Numbered from the stretch's first letter, positions 48,801 to 63,328 are shown. The stretch is 64,000 nt of DNA from Bugula neritina (GCA_964035545.1 OZ037768.1:10882741-10946740), one strand, 5' to 3'. Program-made: numbers and translations. Notes: generated by a model not told the origin, from the sequence alone.

Positions 48801-51045
48801 TGCTTGTCCTTTGTTAATGTCAACATTAAGTTTGTTATACACATTATATAGAGTTAAACTGGACATCTCCAATGACAGGTAACACTACAAGCACGTATCG
48901 CATTACATAGTATATATATGGCTTGCACCTGTTCTATGAAAGAGACAAAAGCGGTTTTACAATTTCATTAACTCATATAGTTTGTAAAGAAAACAAATGA
49001 TATAATTATGAAACTGCATATTTAAAAATACATTCAAATATTTTTTTAAGATAGCTGATTACCTAAACAAATGAACTAACCTTTAGTTGACACACTACCT
49101 AATTATCCACAAGTGCATTGCTGCGTGTAAAAATAAATTTATAATGATTATAGCCTAAATTAAGACTCGTGGCTCAAAGTACTCATAAATGTCTTAGTTG
49201 GTCAGATGCTTGTTTTGCAACTTGTTAAATTTCCTTAAAATGGAGTTAAAAGACTAGTTGTGGAGAAAGAATAGAAGCAACAGCAAGCAGTCTAAACACA
49301 GTTATATTTTTAATAACTCCAAGTTGGTTTTTGTCAGAGCAGCTGGTTACGAATTACTTGGCATGATAATAAGTTACATAGATGCATTATCGTGCTCGTC
49401 TTTAAAAGATGTTGAAGCATTCTGAGAACATTGCAAGCTTTTGTTGCATTACGCTAGTCTGTAAATAACAATTTTTAGCTATTCTATGCTTTCCTGTATT
49501 TTGTATGGCGCAGGCTTGTTTACAACTTTTTTGCTACAACAAAAAGCTAACTTTGAGATTACTATATAAATCCAACACTTCATGGCATTCAGTATTTAAT
49601 GATCAATACGTATTATAAGACACAACATAAATGACAGGCATGACTGTTAAAAAATAGTTATGGCAAAACCCTATCGGTCATTACACTTACAGAATCTGGG
49701 GATCGTGCTGTTAGAGGCAAAGACATCACTGTGCTTGGCCGTTTGTGGTACGATGAAGCTAAATTATGTCTTCTGTCTACAAAACATATTGCAATGATAA
49801 TTAATCAATATAAATTGCATAATATATCTCTAAGGACTCATTATTGCACTAAATCTAGTACCCAGCCAGCTCCATTGTGTGGTCAGACAGCGCAATAAGT
49901 CTACAGAGAGATGCAGTGGAGGTGAGACTCATAGAAGTGCTATTCTGGCAAACAGAGTTGCAGCTGCTATGTGCCAACCTTAGTATAACTTACAAGTTGT
50001 GTATGCAGCCCAAGTAGACTGACAAAAATAATTAATTAGCATTTGCAAAGTTATGCCAAATAATGCTTAAAAGTATCCCTATTATTAAAAAGTTTTAAGA
50101 ATTAAAATGACTTGTAAACACGTAATGTTAGCTTATATATGCCTATGTGTAAAATAAGCTTTTAGTGGAAAACTAGCCAAAGCAAATGAAATTTTAAAAA
50201 TTATTGTTAAAAATTTTAATACAGTATTCATTAATTATTAATAGATTGTACAAATCTTTCTTTACGCTGCATTTCTCACCTTCGACTGTCTCATGCTATG
50301 GAGCTTATTACTATAGTAGAGGAAAAAGTGAAAACACTGAAATAAAGTGATTGTATTGCACTTAGAAGCCATGCTCAAACAGATTCACTGACTAATTTCT
50401 TACCAACATGCTTTCATACTTTACTAGGCGGTCCACTTCAAAACCTAAGATAATGCTGTTAATAACTATTGGCTATATTACTAAAAATAATTAAAGCTGT
50501 TGCTCCAATCACAATCAAAAAGCAGCACCTGTATAGAAACTCATGTTGAACATTCTCAATGACTATCGTATGCCTCTTTCCTTTATGCTTTTCCGGTTAC
50601 TAGGGTCAATAATTCCAACTTCAAAGTAAACCATTTATATCCCACGTGCGAATTTGTGAGAACCATTTTATCAGAACCAGTCACAATGACTTAAATCATA
50701 ACTTAATTATTAATGTATATAAATTTGTTGTTTGCATAACATATTTCATACTTCTAAAATGATATTAAAAAGAGAATTTTTTGAAGGACTTTTACGTTAT
50801 GTGATGTCACATGCACCAACGCTGAAAATGAGTATTTTCCATACCGGGTTACAAAGCTAAGGACCTATGAGCAAGCTAGTAAGAGAGCCAAGCAAGAACT
50901 TACTATGACCAGTTCTGGTGCGGACTGCTGCCTGTCTGTGTATACTGCTCCTAGTACTGCTTGCACTAGAAGGCCTAGATCCATTAGCCGAGTCAGCCCT
51001 CGGTGTCTGATAGATGCTGCTGCTTAAAGTAGGCAGCCCCGCCAT
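30008..51045 (-). CDS. Large uncharacterised multi-repeat protein (~1,400-1,500 aa, ~28-30 exons) with C-terminal calmodulin-like four-EF-hand lobe
   Basis: Phase-consistent exon chain: 51045-50904, 49776-49691, 48243-48193, 46620-46428, 45990-45931, (45098-44828, 43556-43475 optional), 43103-42922, 42097-41900, 41745-41512, 41232-41049, 40677-40602, 40334-40128, 39766-39584, 39184-39020, 38460-38345, then approximately 37703-37559, 37082-36925, 36630-36444, 36164-36093, 34362-34291, 33646-33556, 33357-33201, 32955-32750, 32409-32325, 32063-31827, 31404-31244, 31027-30811, 30413-30145, 30056-30008 (…IIGGVEKKPRFM*). Canonical EF loop DEDKTGILTYED plus three degenerate loops (DLDHHSQVTFRM, DRDSNYIKAES, EPNEWKEISFID). 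The 5' exons are less certain than those from 46620 downward. Confidence 0.8.
31486..31560. repeat. (ACTC)n tetranucleotide microsatellite with CA/GCAC flanks
   Basis: Directly visible. Confidence 0.95.
37190..37390 (+). mobile_element. tRNA-derived SINE (V-SINE-like), copy 1
   Basis: A-box-like GTGGTCTAGATTTAGAG, anticodon-loop remnant CTTAGTAA, B-box GGTTCAAATCC, then ccattggtgatgttaggaagagcattcagtcataattgc shared with the copy at 52364-52580. Confidence 0.8.
43570..44560. repeat. 18-bp minisatellite (TATCAGTACTATGTACAG), ~54 units, with recurring 20-bp variant TATCAGTACCATGAATATAG
   Basis: Directly visible; source of the HSTDTV, ISTMYS, VSVLCT and LILYIV spurious ORFs. Confidence 0.97.
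45836..45893. repeat. (CAG)n microsatellite, intronic
   Basis: Directly visible, just downstream of the donor at 45930. Confidence 0.9.
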
Positions 51046-51689
51046 GCCAACGACTACTTAACTTCTGGGAAAATATAAATTTCTGCTTCTAGTTTTCATA
51101 ATGTCTTTTACAACTGGCACTAGCTGGCTCATTGAAGCTGTATGTCTAGAAAAATAATACTGAAATTAGTGCATTGAGTTAGCAGTTGCTATGTGGTTGT
51201 GGGTGATTAGGGGTTTACCTTCTATCTTTTGTCTCTTGCTAACTAAAGAATAGGCAGTAATTTATGTGTTGTAATACAAATATAAGAGAACAACGATTGC
51301 TATAATTCAATAATAATACTCGCTATTGAACTATAATCAATATATAGGGGTTGTTATGCTATCAAATCAGGCAGTATTACCTTTCATGTGTTTTAGAACA
51401 AAAAACAAAGGATCGAACAGTAATATACGATTAATTAAGTGGATTCAAGTGTGTGATTGCAGAAAGAATTTCCTTTTACAAGTAATAATAGCAGGTTAGG
51501 CTAATTAGAGATAAATGGTAACTGTGATTGAAGGTTGTTGCAGCTTGGAATATACCTAACAGACCATAATGATCACATACTTATGGTAACAGCCAACATA
51601 GCTAAAAATAGATTATTTTGTTTGAAATTCGTTGTACTGAAAGCATTGCATATCTATATCAATATACTTTGAGACGGAGATATTGAAAG

Positions 51690-51877
51690 ATGAATTGAAA
51701 CTGATACAATTTGCCAGTCTTAGATCTGCATGTTAAGGTAATATGAAACTTTGCTAAAATAAATTAATGTAAATATAAATATATGTGAATATATTTATAT
51801 TCACATATATTTTAGCAAAGTTTTACATTATATCTTTAGATCGAAAACTGATAAATTGTATTAATTTTTAATTCATA
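51690..51877. repeat. AT-rich imperfect palindrome (decayed foldback/MITE)
   Basis: Nested inverted arms: atgaatt..atacaattt / aaattgtat..aattcat; aaactttgctaaaata / tattttagcaaagttt; aatatatgtgaatata / tatattcacatatatt. Confidence 0.7.
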
Positions 51878-52363
51878 CTTTTAGAGGCACAGTAAAAAAA
51901 ATCGAAAAATATAGCTCCTGAGAATATGGAGAGGAATTAAAACAATAAAGTAAAGAAAACTTATTCCAAAGAGCATTAAAATGGCCTCAATGTGCAGAAG
52001 TTCTCCGCATATTAATGAAAATGCTACATTATCTCATAAATGAAGGCACAAAGTGGCCAGGCTTTAGAAATTATTTAAGTATTAAAATGATTTTTAAACC
52101 ATTCCTGTGTATTGGTGCACTGTCTGATGGGCAGACAATTTCAAAATAATAAATGCAAAATGAGTTAGTTACCAAAACTTTTGTTGTTTGTTGTTAGCTA
52201 TCAATGTTACAACTTACAGCATAAATCAATGCAGCTAAAGAAGTGGAGGAGAAAAGTTGGCTGTATTTTCACATCACTCATAGTTTTATTTTGCATGAAA
52301 ATGCACATAACTTTTAATTTATAGGCTGCATACTTGTTGAAGCTTGCATAAAAAACTCACTAA

Positions 52364-52580
52364 AGTTTATAGTTGCTATCCGTGTGAGAAACCCCAGGTG
52401 AGAAAGTATTTTGTTAGAAGGGGATAAGGACTTGTTTAGATGAAGCACATAAGCAATTATGACTGGATGCTCTTCCTAACATCACCAATGGCCTTTGCGG
52501 GGGGGGGGGGGGGGGCTCGACCCCATGACCTCGTGTTTACTAGGCAAATGCTCTAACCCCTAGACCACAGCTGCTCTCTC
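52364..52580 (-). mobile_element. tRNA-derived SINE (V-SINE-like), copy 2
   Basis: Minus strand: gagagcagctgtggtctaggggttagagcatttgcctagtaaacacgaggtcatggggtcgagc(C)n...ccattggtgatgttaggaagagcatccagtcataattgc...actataaact. Confidence 0.82.
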
Positions 52581-53498
52581 TAATTGTTAAAGCTTGCATA
52601 TATAAAAAATAAATACCCTCCTGACAATAAACTTAATACTCTAGTTTGAGATGTCGGCAACATCAGTGCTGATATACAATACTTGTTGGTGATCATTGAT
52701 GTCTCTCTTGTAGAACAGCATTATATGTGGTATAGTCATAAAATTGCGTGTATGGTTACTAAGTACTTAGACTTTTCATTCGATGCTTTCTGAGTTATAA
52801 CATTTCATCTGGTAGCTAAGAATATTTTAACTAGAATAAGTATGTGTTTTATTAGTAAAAGTATATAACACTAATAGAATAATTAGTAAAGAACTGATTT
52901 CAATTTCACTAGTAAACTTAATATAAATGTGTTAACATGTAATTTATTTATATATCTTGTACTGAAGCAACACGATGATTCAAGAGTTTGAGTATATTTC
53001 AAAGCCCCATGAACAGTGAAGTTTTGCTATATAACAATGATTCCCTTACACCTGTATCTTATCTACTCATTATACATCATAGTAGGAAACAGAGTGATGA
53101 CTGAGCTGGATAATATATGTAGCAATTCAAGTTGAAGATAGCTTTTCACAAGGTTTATTATATTATTATATAAAGATGCATCATAGATGTAGCTATAAGA
53201 GTTTTTCTTTTCAAATACAACCAAGAACAATTTAAGAAGAAATTAGTGTACCACAACTCTTTACTGCATTTAAATCTAGACATTTTAATCTTCTATTATT
53301 ACAATAATTTATTAAATATGTTGTTAAAACAGCAAAGCGAAATATTCAAAAAATGTTCAATAATGAGTGATGACATAACGAGTGACGCAACGATGCCTTA
53401 ATTGCTCGTTTACTGAGTTAACAAAGTTGAGGTTTATTGCTGCAACTATATGTAAACGATTTATGATTTTTATGCATCTTTTGATCATAAAGTCAAAT

Positions 53499-55894
53499 AT
53501 GTTTCTGCTTCTATTTATCTGTTTGATTAACCTGCTGGTATCCACTCACCTGGCAGTGAAGTTGTATTGGTAAGTTTTATTATTTTATAAATATAATATC
53601 AAGTTAGATAATTTTCTGTTATCATTATTATTATCATTTGACAATTTTATACATGTAATGTTTTTGCTTCAATTTTATTAAAATTTTGCTGTAATTCATC
53701 ATTGGAAAATATTTACCTAATGGAATATGATAATTATTTGTTACAGTCAATGGGAGGTAATATTTTATAATTTCATTATACTTGGACTAGTCTTTAAAGA
53801 GTATTCTCCGCTAAAACCAAAAGCTCTTTGCAGTCAAAGGTAAGATGTTGGTAGTTCAATCATAAAATGGGATATTAAAACTTTCTACAGATTTAACACA
53901 GTGTAATGCAGCATTTCACATGTTTAAATAGTGGTTTGAATTATTGAATTTTTGTTTGGTGACAGCAAGGACAAAAAGGAGAAGGGTTTAAAGAAGGCGG
54001 AGTCACTTTCAGCGCACACCCCATTATATTCTTGTGAAATTGCATCAAAAAATGTCAAAGCTGTTGTGAAACCAATCAAAACTCAGGTGCATCAAGAACT
54101 AGGCTCAAGCACAACCAATGAAGTTAAAAACCAGATAATTGTGATAGATGAGAATTGGCCCTGGAATGAGTGTGGATGTGCAGGTGCCTGCTGGCATGGG
54201 AGGTCCAGTGCTAACATACCAATTTCTCTTCCTCCGCATCCCACAGAGGAGTTAGAACCAGAAAAAACTCCGTGTCACACCAGAAACCCGGCTCCTTTGT
54301 CGAATCAACCCTCAAAGCCAATAATGCTAGAAGACTTCCTGAAAAAGTTTGAAGGGAGTGGGGCTCGACCAAAAACTCACAAGCTTCACCTTCGCCCGGA
54401 AGTTATTCTTCGTAAGTTAAATTAGCTATCCACCTACTTTTTTCAATTTATAACCTTGTTGTTGACTTGAAAAATTTTTGGTGTCAATTTAAATACTACC
54501 TTTAGTATAAGTTTCCACATAAAATCATTTGTAATGCAATGTTATAGCAAACACTGATACAGAACTCTACAAGAAAGTGAAAGGCAATAAAGATTTCATG
54601 AAAGAGATAAAACAAGCCACTCCCACTAAACTTAGACCAGCAAAGAAAGAAATGCAAGACCTACGTATTTCAGGGGAGAAAGTGGAAGTGGACTCGTCAC
54701 TGCTTGCCACTAAAAATCTCAAGGATTGCAAAGGTACAATATATGTTCCGTTCGTTGAGCAGTTTCTTAGCTTTGCAAAGAAGAATAACAATTTTGATTT
54801 TATGTAATAGAAAGACCTCACATTTGAAATTAAACTACTGTGATGTCATTATAATAGATGAGATGGCAAAAGAGCTTTTGCCACAGTCTGCTACACAAAA
54901 TAGAAAAGATGCTGAAAGAAAGAACAGATCTGGGAGACAAAGCTTTGCCCAGAACCACAAGTCTGATGAGGGACAACTTCCAATACTTCCCAATATGTCT
55001 GGTAAATATTAAAGCTAAGAAAATAATTACACAGAAACAAAATTTGAAGTAGTTTGAAATATTAAATAAAGAAAAATGTGATTCTGAAAACTTTTCATAT
55101 TTTAATCAATATCTAAAATATTACCGTGAAAGTGTTGATCCACAATTAAACCCCTCCGTTATTTTCATCCACACAAATTTGGAAAATTTTAATAGCCACT
55201 GCTGACTAACATTACAATTAATTTAATATAAGAAAACAAGCTTTTTACTCACTATAAATAAGGAAGCAGTTGATGGGTTACCACAAATAAAATATTAGTG
55301 TTCAACTAGCTGCAACACATTTGATATATTTTGCAACAGAACTTTTACTGGCCGGTGGAGACTCACTCAACTCTCCTCTCAACAGTGTCAGACAAGCAGT
55401 TAAGAAGGCCCAACCACTCACTTCGGTTGGATCATCTATTGAAGCACATAATGGTCAGTATATACAATGTAACTTGATTCAGCTAAAAGTTTTATTATAA
55501 AAACTTTACTTCCTGATAAATAGAGTGAAATATTAGAACAATCAGTGAGAAGTTGGATACAAAGACCGGAGTTATAATAACCATTGATAATTTTGACTAA
55601 TACTCCAAAGGGACTCTAAAGTTCCATCAACAGAAATCAAGCTGATATTTTATTCGGAAGCCTTTGTCATTGATATTAAAAAACATTGCAAATGAAGTTG
55701 TACTTAGCAAGACGTAATATGTCCATTAAATAGAATAAAACCAAAAAGAAATCAGTAAAAATATTAATTACTATATGTCAAAAGAAATGCTATATTTTGT
55801 AGAGTTTGAATCAGTTCAAGAACCGGTCACACCCCAGAGCCGGAGAAATCGACTTTTAAAGTTTTTCTGTTGCTGTGTTCAGAGCAATGATTAA
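53499..55894 (+). CDS. Orphan low-complexity protein with a WH2-like segment and C-terminal FFCCC; start codon uncertain
   Basis: Phase-consistent exons ~53499-53569, 53747-53838, 53966-54411, 54548-54733, 54858-55001, 55340-55454, 55803-55894 ending …SRRNRLLKFFCCCVQSND*. No recognisable family. Confidence 0.65.
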
Positions 55895-57088
55895 GGTTAG
55901 AGCTCAATTTAAATAGAATTTCTAAGAAATTTCAGTTTATTTTGATTTAGAATCTGTTATATGTCATATCAGACTCTTGCATCATTGCAAACCTGTTTCT
56001 TGTTAAAATTCTTATTTGTCTTCTTATTTCATACTCAATTTGTTCACTTTAGTGTATGTTTCTGTTTATTATTTAGATATTCTACACAAACCATCCCATA
56101 CTACAGCTAATACTATCTGATGTGTAGATGAACTGCTCAGTCAACAGATGCTTATAACTTCCTCTGGAAATTTCTCTATGGCGTTATAATAGAATCATCT
56201 TTGTCTCTTTCTCTATTCCACCACTTAGCTGCTAGAGACCAAAGCATGCAAATATACATGCAGTGTTATATACTTTATTGAAGTTCATCTATAAGCCTAT
56301 TTTGTTTACGATCTCTTCTATAGTAAAATTTAAATTATTTTCTTTTTTGTGAACCATTTATTTTTTGTCATTATGTAGGTCAACTAACAAATTAATGAAT
56401 AATTGCAGCGTATTAATAACTTTAATGACCATTTAGAGTATATGAATAAATTTGGGTTACTATACACTAATTTTTTTTTGGAATAACTGACATCTCTACT
56501 TTGTGAGTATTTATAGTTCAAAAAATATATTATTAAATAAAATATATTCAATTTATCAAACATGATCATTTATATACTGTATCTGCTATACAAATAGTTA
56601 CCTACATGTATATTTGAAAACCAAATTACTACTCATAAATGATTCCTAAACAATAATTACACAAACATTTATTACTTTTACTTCCAGCAAACACATGCAT
56701 CTCCCTTGTCTGCTTTAAATAATCTCATAGAATATATCATATTATTTATAACCACACATACCTACATCATACCCTACATTCCTTCCATTTTTTATCTAGA
56801 GTTGTGTTCTCTCTGCATAGAAAGATGAACTGCTGTTAATATAAATTGTTAGCTGGATATTATCTGAAACTATATTATTAAAAAAACTAATCATCATGTA
56901 ATAAATTAACAAACATGATTACTTCTAATAAACACAATAATATTTAGCCTAAAGGATCAGTTGGGTAATTTAGTCTAATGTCACGTGGGGAGATATAGTA
57001 TGTTCCACACTAATTTTCTGTCACAAACAATTCGTGAGATTCGCAGAAAATACAATAAATAACTACGCAACAGTAAAAGCTGTAGCAA

Positions 57089-59024
<1,936 letters not shown>

Positions 59025-59126
59025 AAAGTTCTATATTGACTATGTAATAAGTATAAAGTAAAACTTCTGCTATATAGATTCTTACTTGCTTAAAAATTTA
59101 TGTTTTTTATAATCTATTATGCTTTG

Positions 59127-59269
<143 letters not shown>

Positions 59270-59701
59270 TGTAATGGATTTTCATTCTCTATTAGTTCTG
59301 AAATAACTGCATGCGTCAGTATTATAATTACTGATGCGTATCGTTTTGAATGCTGTAATTGTAGTAAGCTAGCTTGCTATTGCCTAAGTATTGTGACTAC
59401 TGTTAAAGCTTTCAGCATAATGTAATTTTGCTGAAATACGCATTCCAGAGTTATTTTCTTTTATTTCTTGTGTGTTAATATTGATGTTGGAAATTTGTGG
59501 TCCGAGATTCGGAGCTTCCGAATTTCGGACCACAAAGGATCTTTTGTATATGCATGTCTTTGTTCTCTGTGTATAAAAGCAGGCGAGTTTCAGTGGATAT
59601 TCCGTCTACTACTGGAGCTCGCCTGGGTAAGATCTATCTACATTTATTACAATAAATATTTTGAGCACTACTACTTCAACACTTCTTGTTCTTACACTAC
59701 A
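59270..59701 (+). mobile_element. Candidate solo LTR or TA-repeat-embedded element
   Basis: Begins TGTAA and ends TTACA/CTACA; TATAAAA at 59572, AATAAA at 59651; sits between two (TA)n tracts. No clean TSD seen. Confidence 0.4.

Positions 59702-59704
<3 letters not shown>

Positions 59705-59768
<64 letters not shown>
59705..59768. repeat. (TA)n microsatellite
   Basis: Directly visible. Confidence 0.97.
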
Positions 59769-59771
<3 letters not shown>

Positions 59772-60673
59772 CATGATATCATATAGTTATTTGATACTAG
59801 ACAATCTGATTGACATGGTATGGGTGGCTGGTTACTACTAACATTATACAGGAGGGCATTTTAATCAGGTACATGGGTGAGATAAAGTTTTCTAGCATTT
59901 TGTAGCATGCTATAGCAATGGGTAGTATTTTCAAGGATATTTTAGCACCATAACATAGTGTGTTCTGCCATGAGCTGTAGCACTACATAGCTTTATTTAG
60001 CATGTTTTATTCTTTTCAAAAATTTTAAGTTAAACTTTGTCTCAATTAATTGACTTTCAGATAAAATTGTGTATATCTATTACAATAATCCTGCTATATT
60101 TCCTTAAGTAGCCACTCCAAAGCTGTTTTCAGTATTACATAATTCAATTTTCAGTGTATGCCTTTATGCAACTAATAATAAAAGATCTAATAAATCAACA
60201 TTCAGAAGTATAAGTTAATAATGGGTATTAAACAAGTAATTTATCATGGGGAGTGTGACAATTATTTACACAAAAACATAACAATAAACAAAGTAAAATT
60301 GTAACAACCTGTCAAAGACTGGCATGGTGACAATAATGACATAATGTAGTTTCTCTCTGTAACAATTGATCAGCACACACCTGCCTGCATTTTGTCACTT
60401 GTACACCAAGCTGCTCTGCTTTCATTAAAGATGGTGGCAGCACCCCAACCTTCAGAGGGCGTATAATGTAGCTGCAACATTTACCGCCCATGCTATGACA
60501 AAAATATACTTTCAAATATTGCTTTATTATTTATTAAAAGGATGAAAAACTGTAAAAAGTTTGTATAAATTACAAATGTTTTTGCTTTAGTTAGCTGGCC
60601 AGTTTGCAATAACTAGCCATACTATCATGTTAAGTAACTGCAATGATTAGGAAATTATACAATGATGATTTTA

Positions 60674-61675
60674 CTAACATTTAGTTGGGAAAGATAAAAG
60701 TTCAGAAGACTCTGGCATTAAAACAGCAGCAGCAGTTTTGTCAGCATTTTGATTTGTAGAAGCAGCTTTTATTGTCTGCAAATGGCTTAGCATTTCTTGC
60801 TGAAAGTTGTCACAATCTGTGATGTCATTTCCACATTGAATCTTTACGATCTCCCTCATGGCTTGACTACCCAATCGAAGGACAGACTCAAGTTTGTCAT
60901 GGTTCGATGTTTGGGAGCCATTACTGCGGCTCAACAAGTATACTTGGTCTTGACGTTTCTTTCTAATGGGCAAGTCAATTTTTGTAGATACTATCCAACT
61001 TTTTCCTTCATTATTGTGAAATAAATTTACTAAAACAAAACGTGATAACTAAATTAAAACTCTATTGTCGCACTACCAATTTAAAAAACATGGTCATTAC
61101 ATCAAAATGATGCCGCATCAGTTATGAAAGGTGCAAGTATAGAGATAATTAGCGGCTGCTAAGGTTTTGGTTCTTGTCATTATAAAACTATTCACCTATT
61201 TTACTAAAACTGTGACAGACTTTCTGACTGCCCTCATAAGATACTTAAGGAGTTTTACTATGCTTTAGCTGATCCATCTGAATGTATATCTAGAATGTTA
61301 GGTATAGGTAAGTACTTAGAATACTAAACTGCTTAAACATCTGTTTTGTCTTGAAGACAAAAATCTAGGATAAATGTTGAAACGGTTTAAAACTTTTAAA
61401 AAGCGGGCTAACTGGTAAAAAAACTATTTACATTCATGTGACCTTGACATCATTATTGTTATAGCTGCTCTTGCTGTGCAATTCCTGACGATGTCATTTG
61501 CAAATTCTGTCTCAGTGCTGTTGTAATGTATTACATCAGCACAGTCCTCCACACAGACAGAGTGATCTTTCAGTTCTTTTTCTAGCAAATTCCTCAGTTC
61601 TTTACTAGTTGAATCCGAGCTGTGAACTACTGATACGTAGTCAAAGTTAGGTTTAGCTGCCGGCTCTGCTATAGC
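60674..61675 (-). CDS. Two terminal exons encoding a TIR/SEFIR-like alpha/beta domain (~200 aa, open frame)
   Basis: Exons 61675-61432 (AIAEPAAKPNFDYVSVVHSSDSTSKELRNLLEKELKDHSVCVEDC…EFANDIVRNCTARAAITIMMSRSHE) and 61029-60674 (…QVYLLSR…IVKIQC…DNFQQEMLSHLQTIK…FPTKC*) join in phase 1. The domain call is pattern-based only. Confidence 0.5.
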
Positions 61676-61978
61676 CTATGGAATTATAATAAACATTACC
61701 TTTTTTATTATAATTTGTCATTATTTAATACTGATTTATTGTTTATAATTACATCTAAAAGCACGATGACTTTTCATTCTTAAGCAAATTAGCTAGGAGT
61801 TCAACTAGAATATCACTGTGCTATAGGCATACAAATTTAAATTATATTAAAAAACCGTACTGAAAATCAGATATGCTTGCTTCCAATTATCTCATTCTAT
61901 CCTATTTACATATTTCATAAGAATAATATTTTTCTTCTTGTCGTACTGAAGTGTGTACCGTGCAAATGATATGTGTAC

Positions 61979-63328
61979 CTTTTCTACTTTTAGCATCCTG
62001 ACCATGTAATCAGTCCATTTATCAGCTGACACCATGCTGACTGCAATGTCTCCATATCTGAGTTCTGTTGACGTATCATCCAGCCAATTCTGGTCACACC
62101 TGTGCTAAATGCAAGCGAAATACTGTAAATGTCTTCGCTGTGACAATTAATTTCATTGCATCTCAAGCTTTTACTATGTGAAAAAATAAATGTGCACCAT
62201 AGAGTTATTGAAATGGTAGAAAATGCTATTTTTAGATTATAAAGTCTGTAGAAGTGTCTTTTCAAAGCCAAATAGCGATTTGTTGGCATGACTCACCTTT
62301 CTCTCCTCGACCACGGTGGTTACCATAACAACTGAACTTGTCTTTTGCTGCCAAATCATGAGCCAAAAGTCATTAATTGTAGCCGCTGTCGGCCCTGTCA
62401 TAGCAAGTGTTAGTTTTGTTATAGACTTGAAAGCTCATATTCATTGGAATATATTTAAAAGTTTATGTTACCAAGTTTTGTAACAAATTTCATTACAATC
62501 GCAGGATTCAATTAATCAATTATTCCCAATAGCTCACTATCTTCCTATCAACACAAAATGGTGATGCAATGAACTTAGGACTGCCAGGAGCATACCCCTG
62601 TAAAAGGCAAAACAGACTTGAAATTAAAGTTTTTTCAGAATTATCAGAGTGCAAAAAAATACGTTTGTTATTCCCACTTGCTTGATAAATTTTAAAAGAA
62701 TGGCGTCATTTTAAAACACCCACAATTCTAGATAATTCTAATGTACAGCTGCAGCTGATTAGATGAGGTGAGTAATTAGAGTTTCTAATCTCACTTGTAC
62801 TGTGTTAGACAAGTTGACCCCAATTTGTTGATGATGTCACCAACGGCAGCCAATCATAGTGCTCCAAAATATGTCTCACAAATCATTTTGTTGATAGACA
62901 ACATGATTTGTGTGATACGTTGTTAGGATCTTGAACAAAATTGAGAGTAGAAATAAAAAGTAGTTATTGCAAAAAATCATTTACCAAGGTAATTAATGGC
63001 TAATTTACTTGGAGTTATTCTCTCACCGATATGTAGGAGGCATTAATAAAGTCTGATTATTCTTCCGTCTCTCTTTCGAGTATAACTGGGAGGTCATCAA
63101 CTTAATTAAAAACAAATTTAATCTCCAAATGATGGTATTAAAAAATTTACAGAAACTGTTGGTAGCCGTAAAGAGTTTCACAAATAAAAAGAACTTTATC
63201 ACGCTGGTCCACAGAAGATGGTTGTTGGCAATTCACCAACCAGGATAGAGGCCCTCATATCGGCACTTTCTTTTGTTTTTTGGGAGGACAGCAGCTTCTA
63301 TGATGGGTTTTGGCAGCTCGGCAAGTGA
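61979..63328 (-). pseudogene. N-terminal half of a classical (receptor-type) protein tyrosine phosphatase domain, damaged
   Basis: Exons 63328-63241 (NKRKCRYEGLYP), 63100-63027 (VILERETEE*SDFINASYI, in-frame TAA 63059-63057), 62597-~62550 (GYAPGSPKFIAS, expected donor lost), 62394-62297 (GPTAATINDFWLMIWQQKTSSVVMVT), 62104-61979 (RCDQNW…YGDIAV). No WPD-loop or CX5R exon follows. Confidence 0.85.

Noticed and set aside
47520-50600. Additional micro-exon candidates (50444-50404, 50310-50280, ~49944-49861, ~47745-47695, 49458-49400)
   Set aside because: They have plausible splice sites but could not be chained in frame without stops; left out pending RNA data.
51577-51590. X-box-like ATACTTATGGTAAC upstream of the giant gene
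   Set aside because: Only one half-site matches the consensus; likely by chance in AT-rich DNA.
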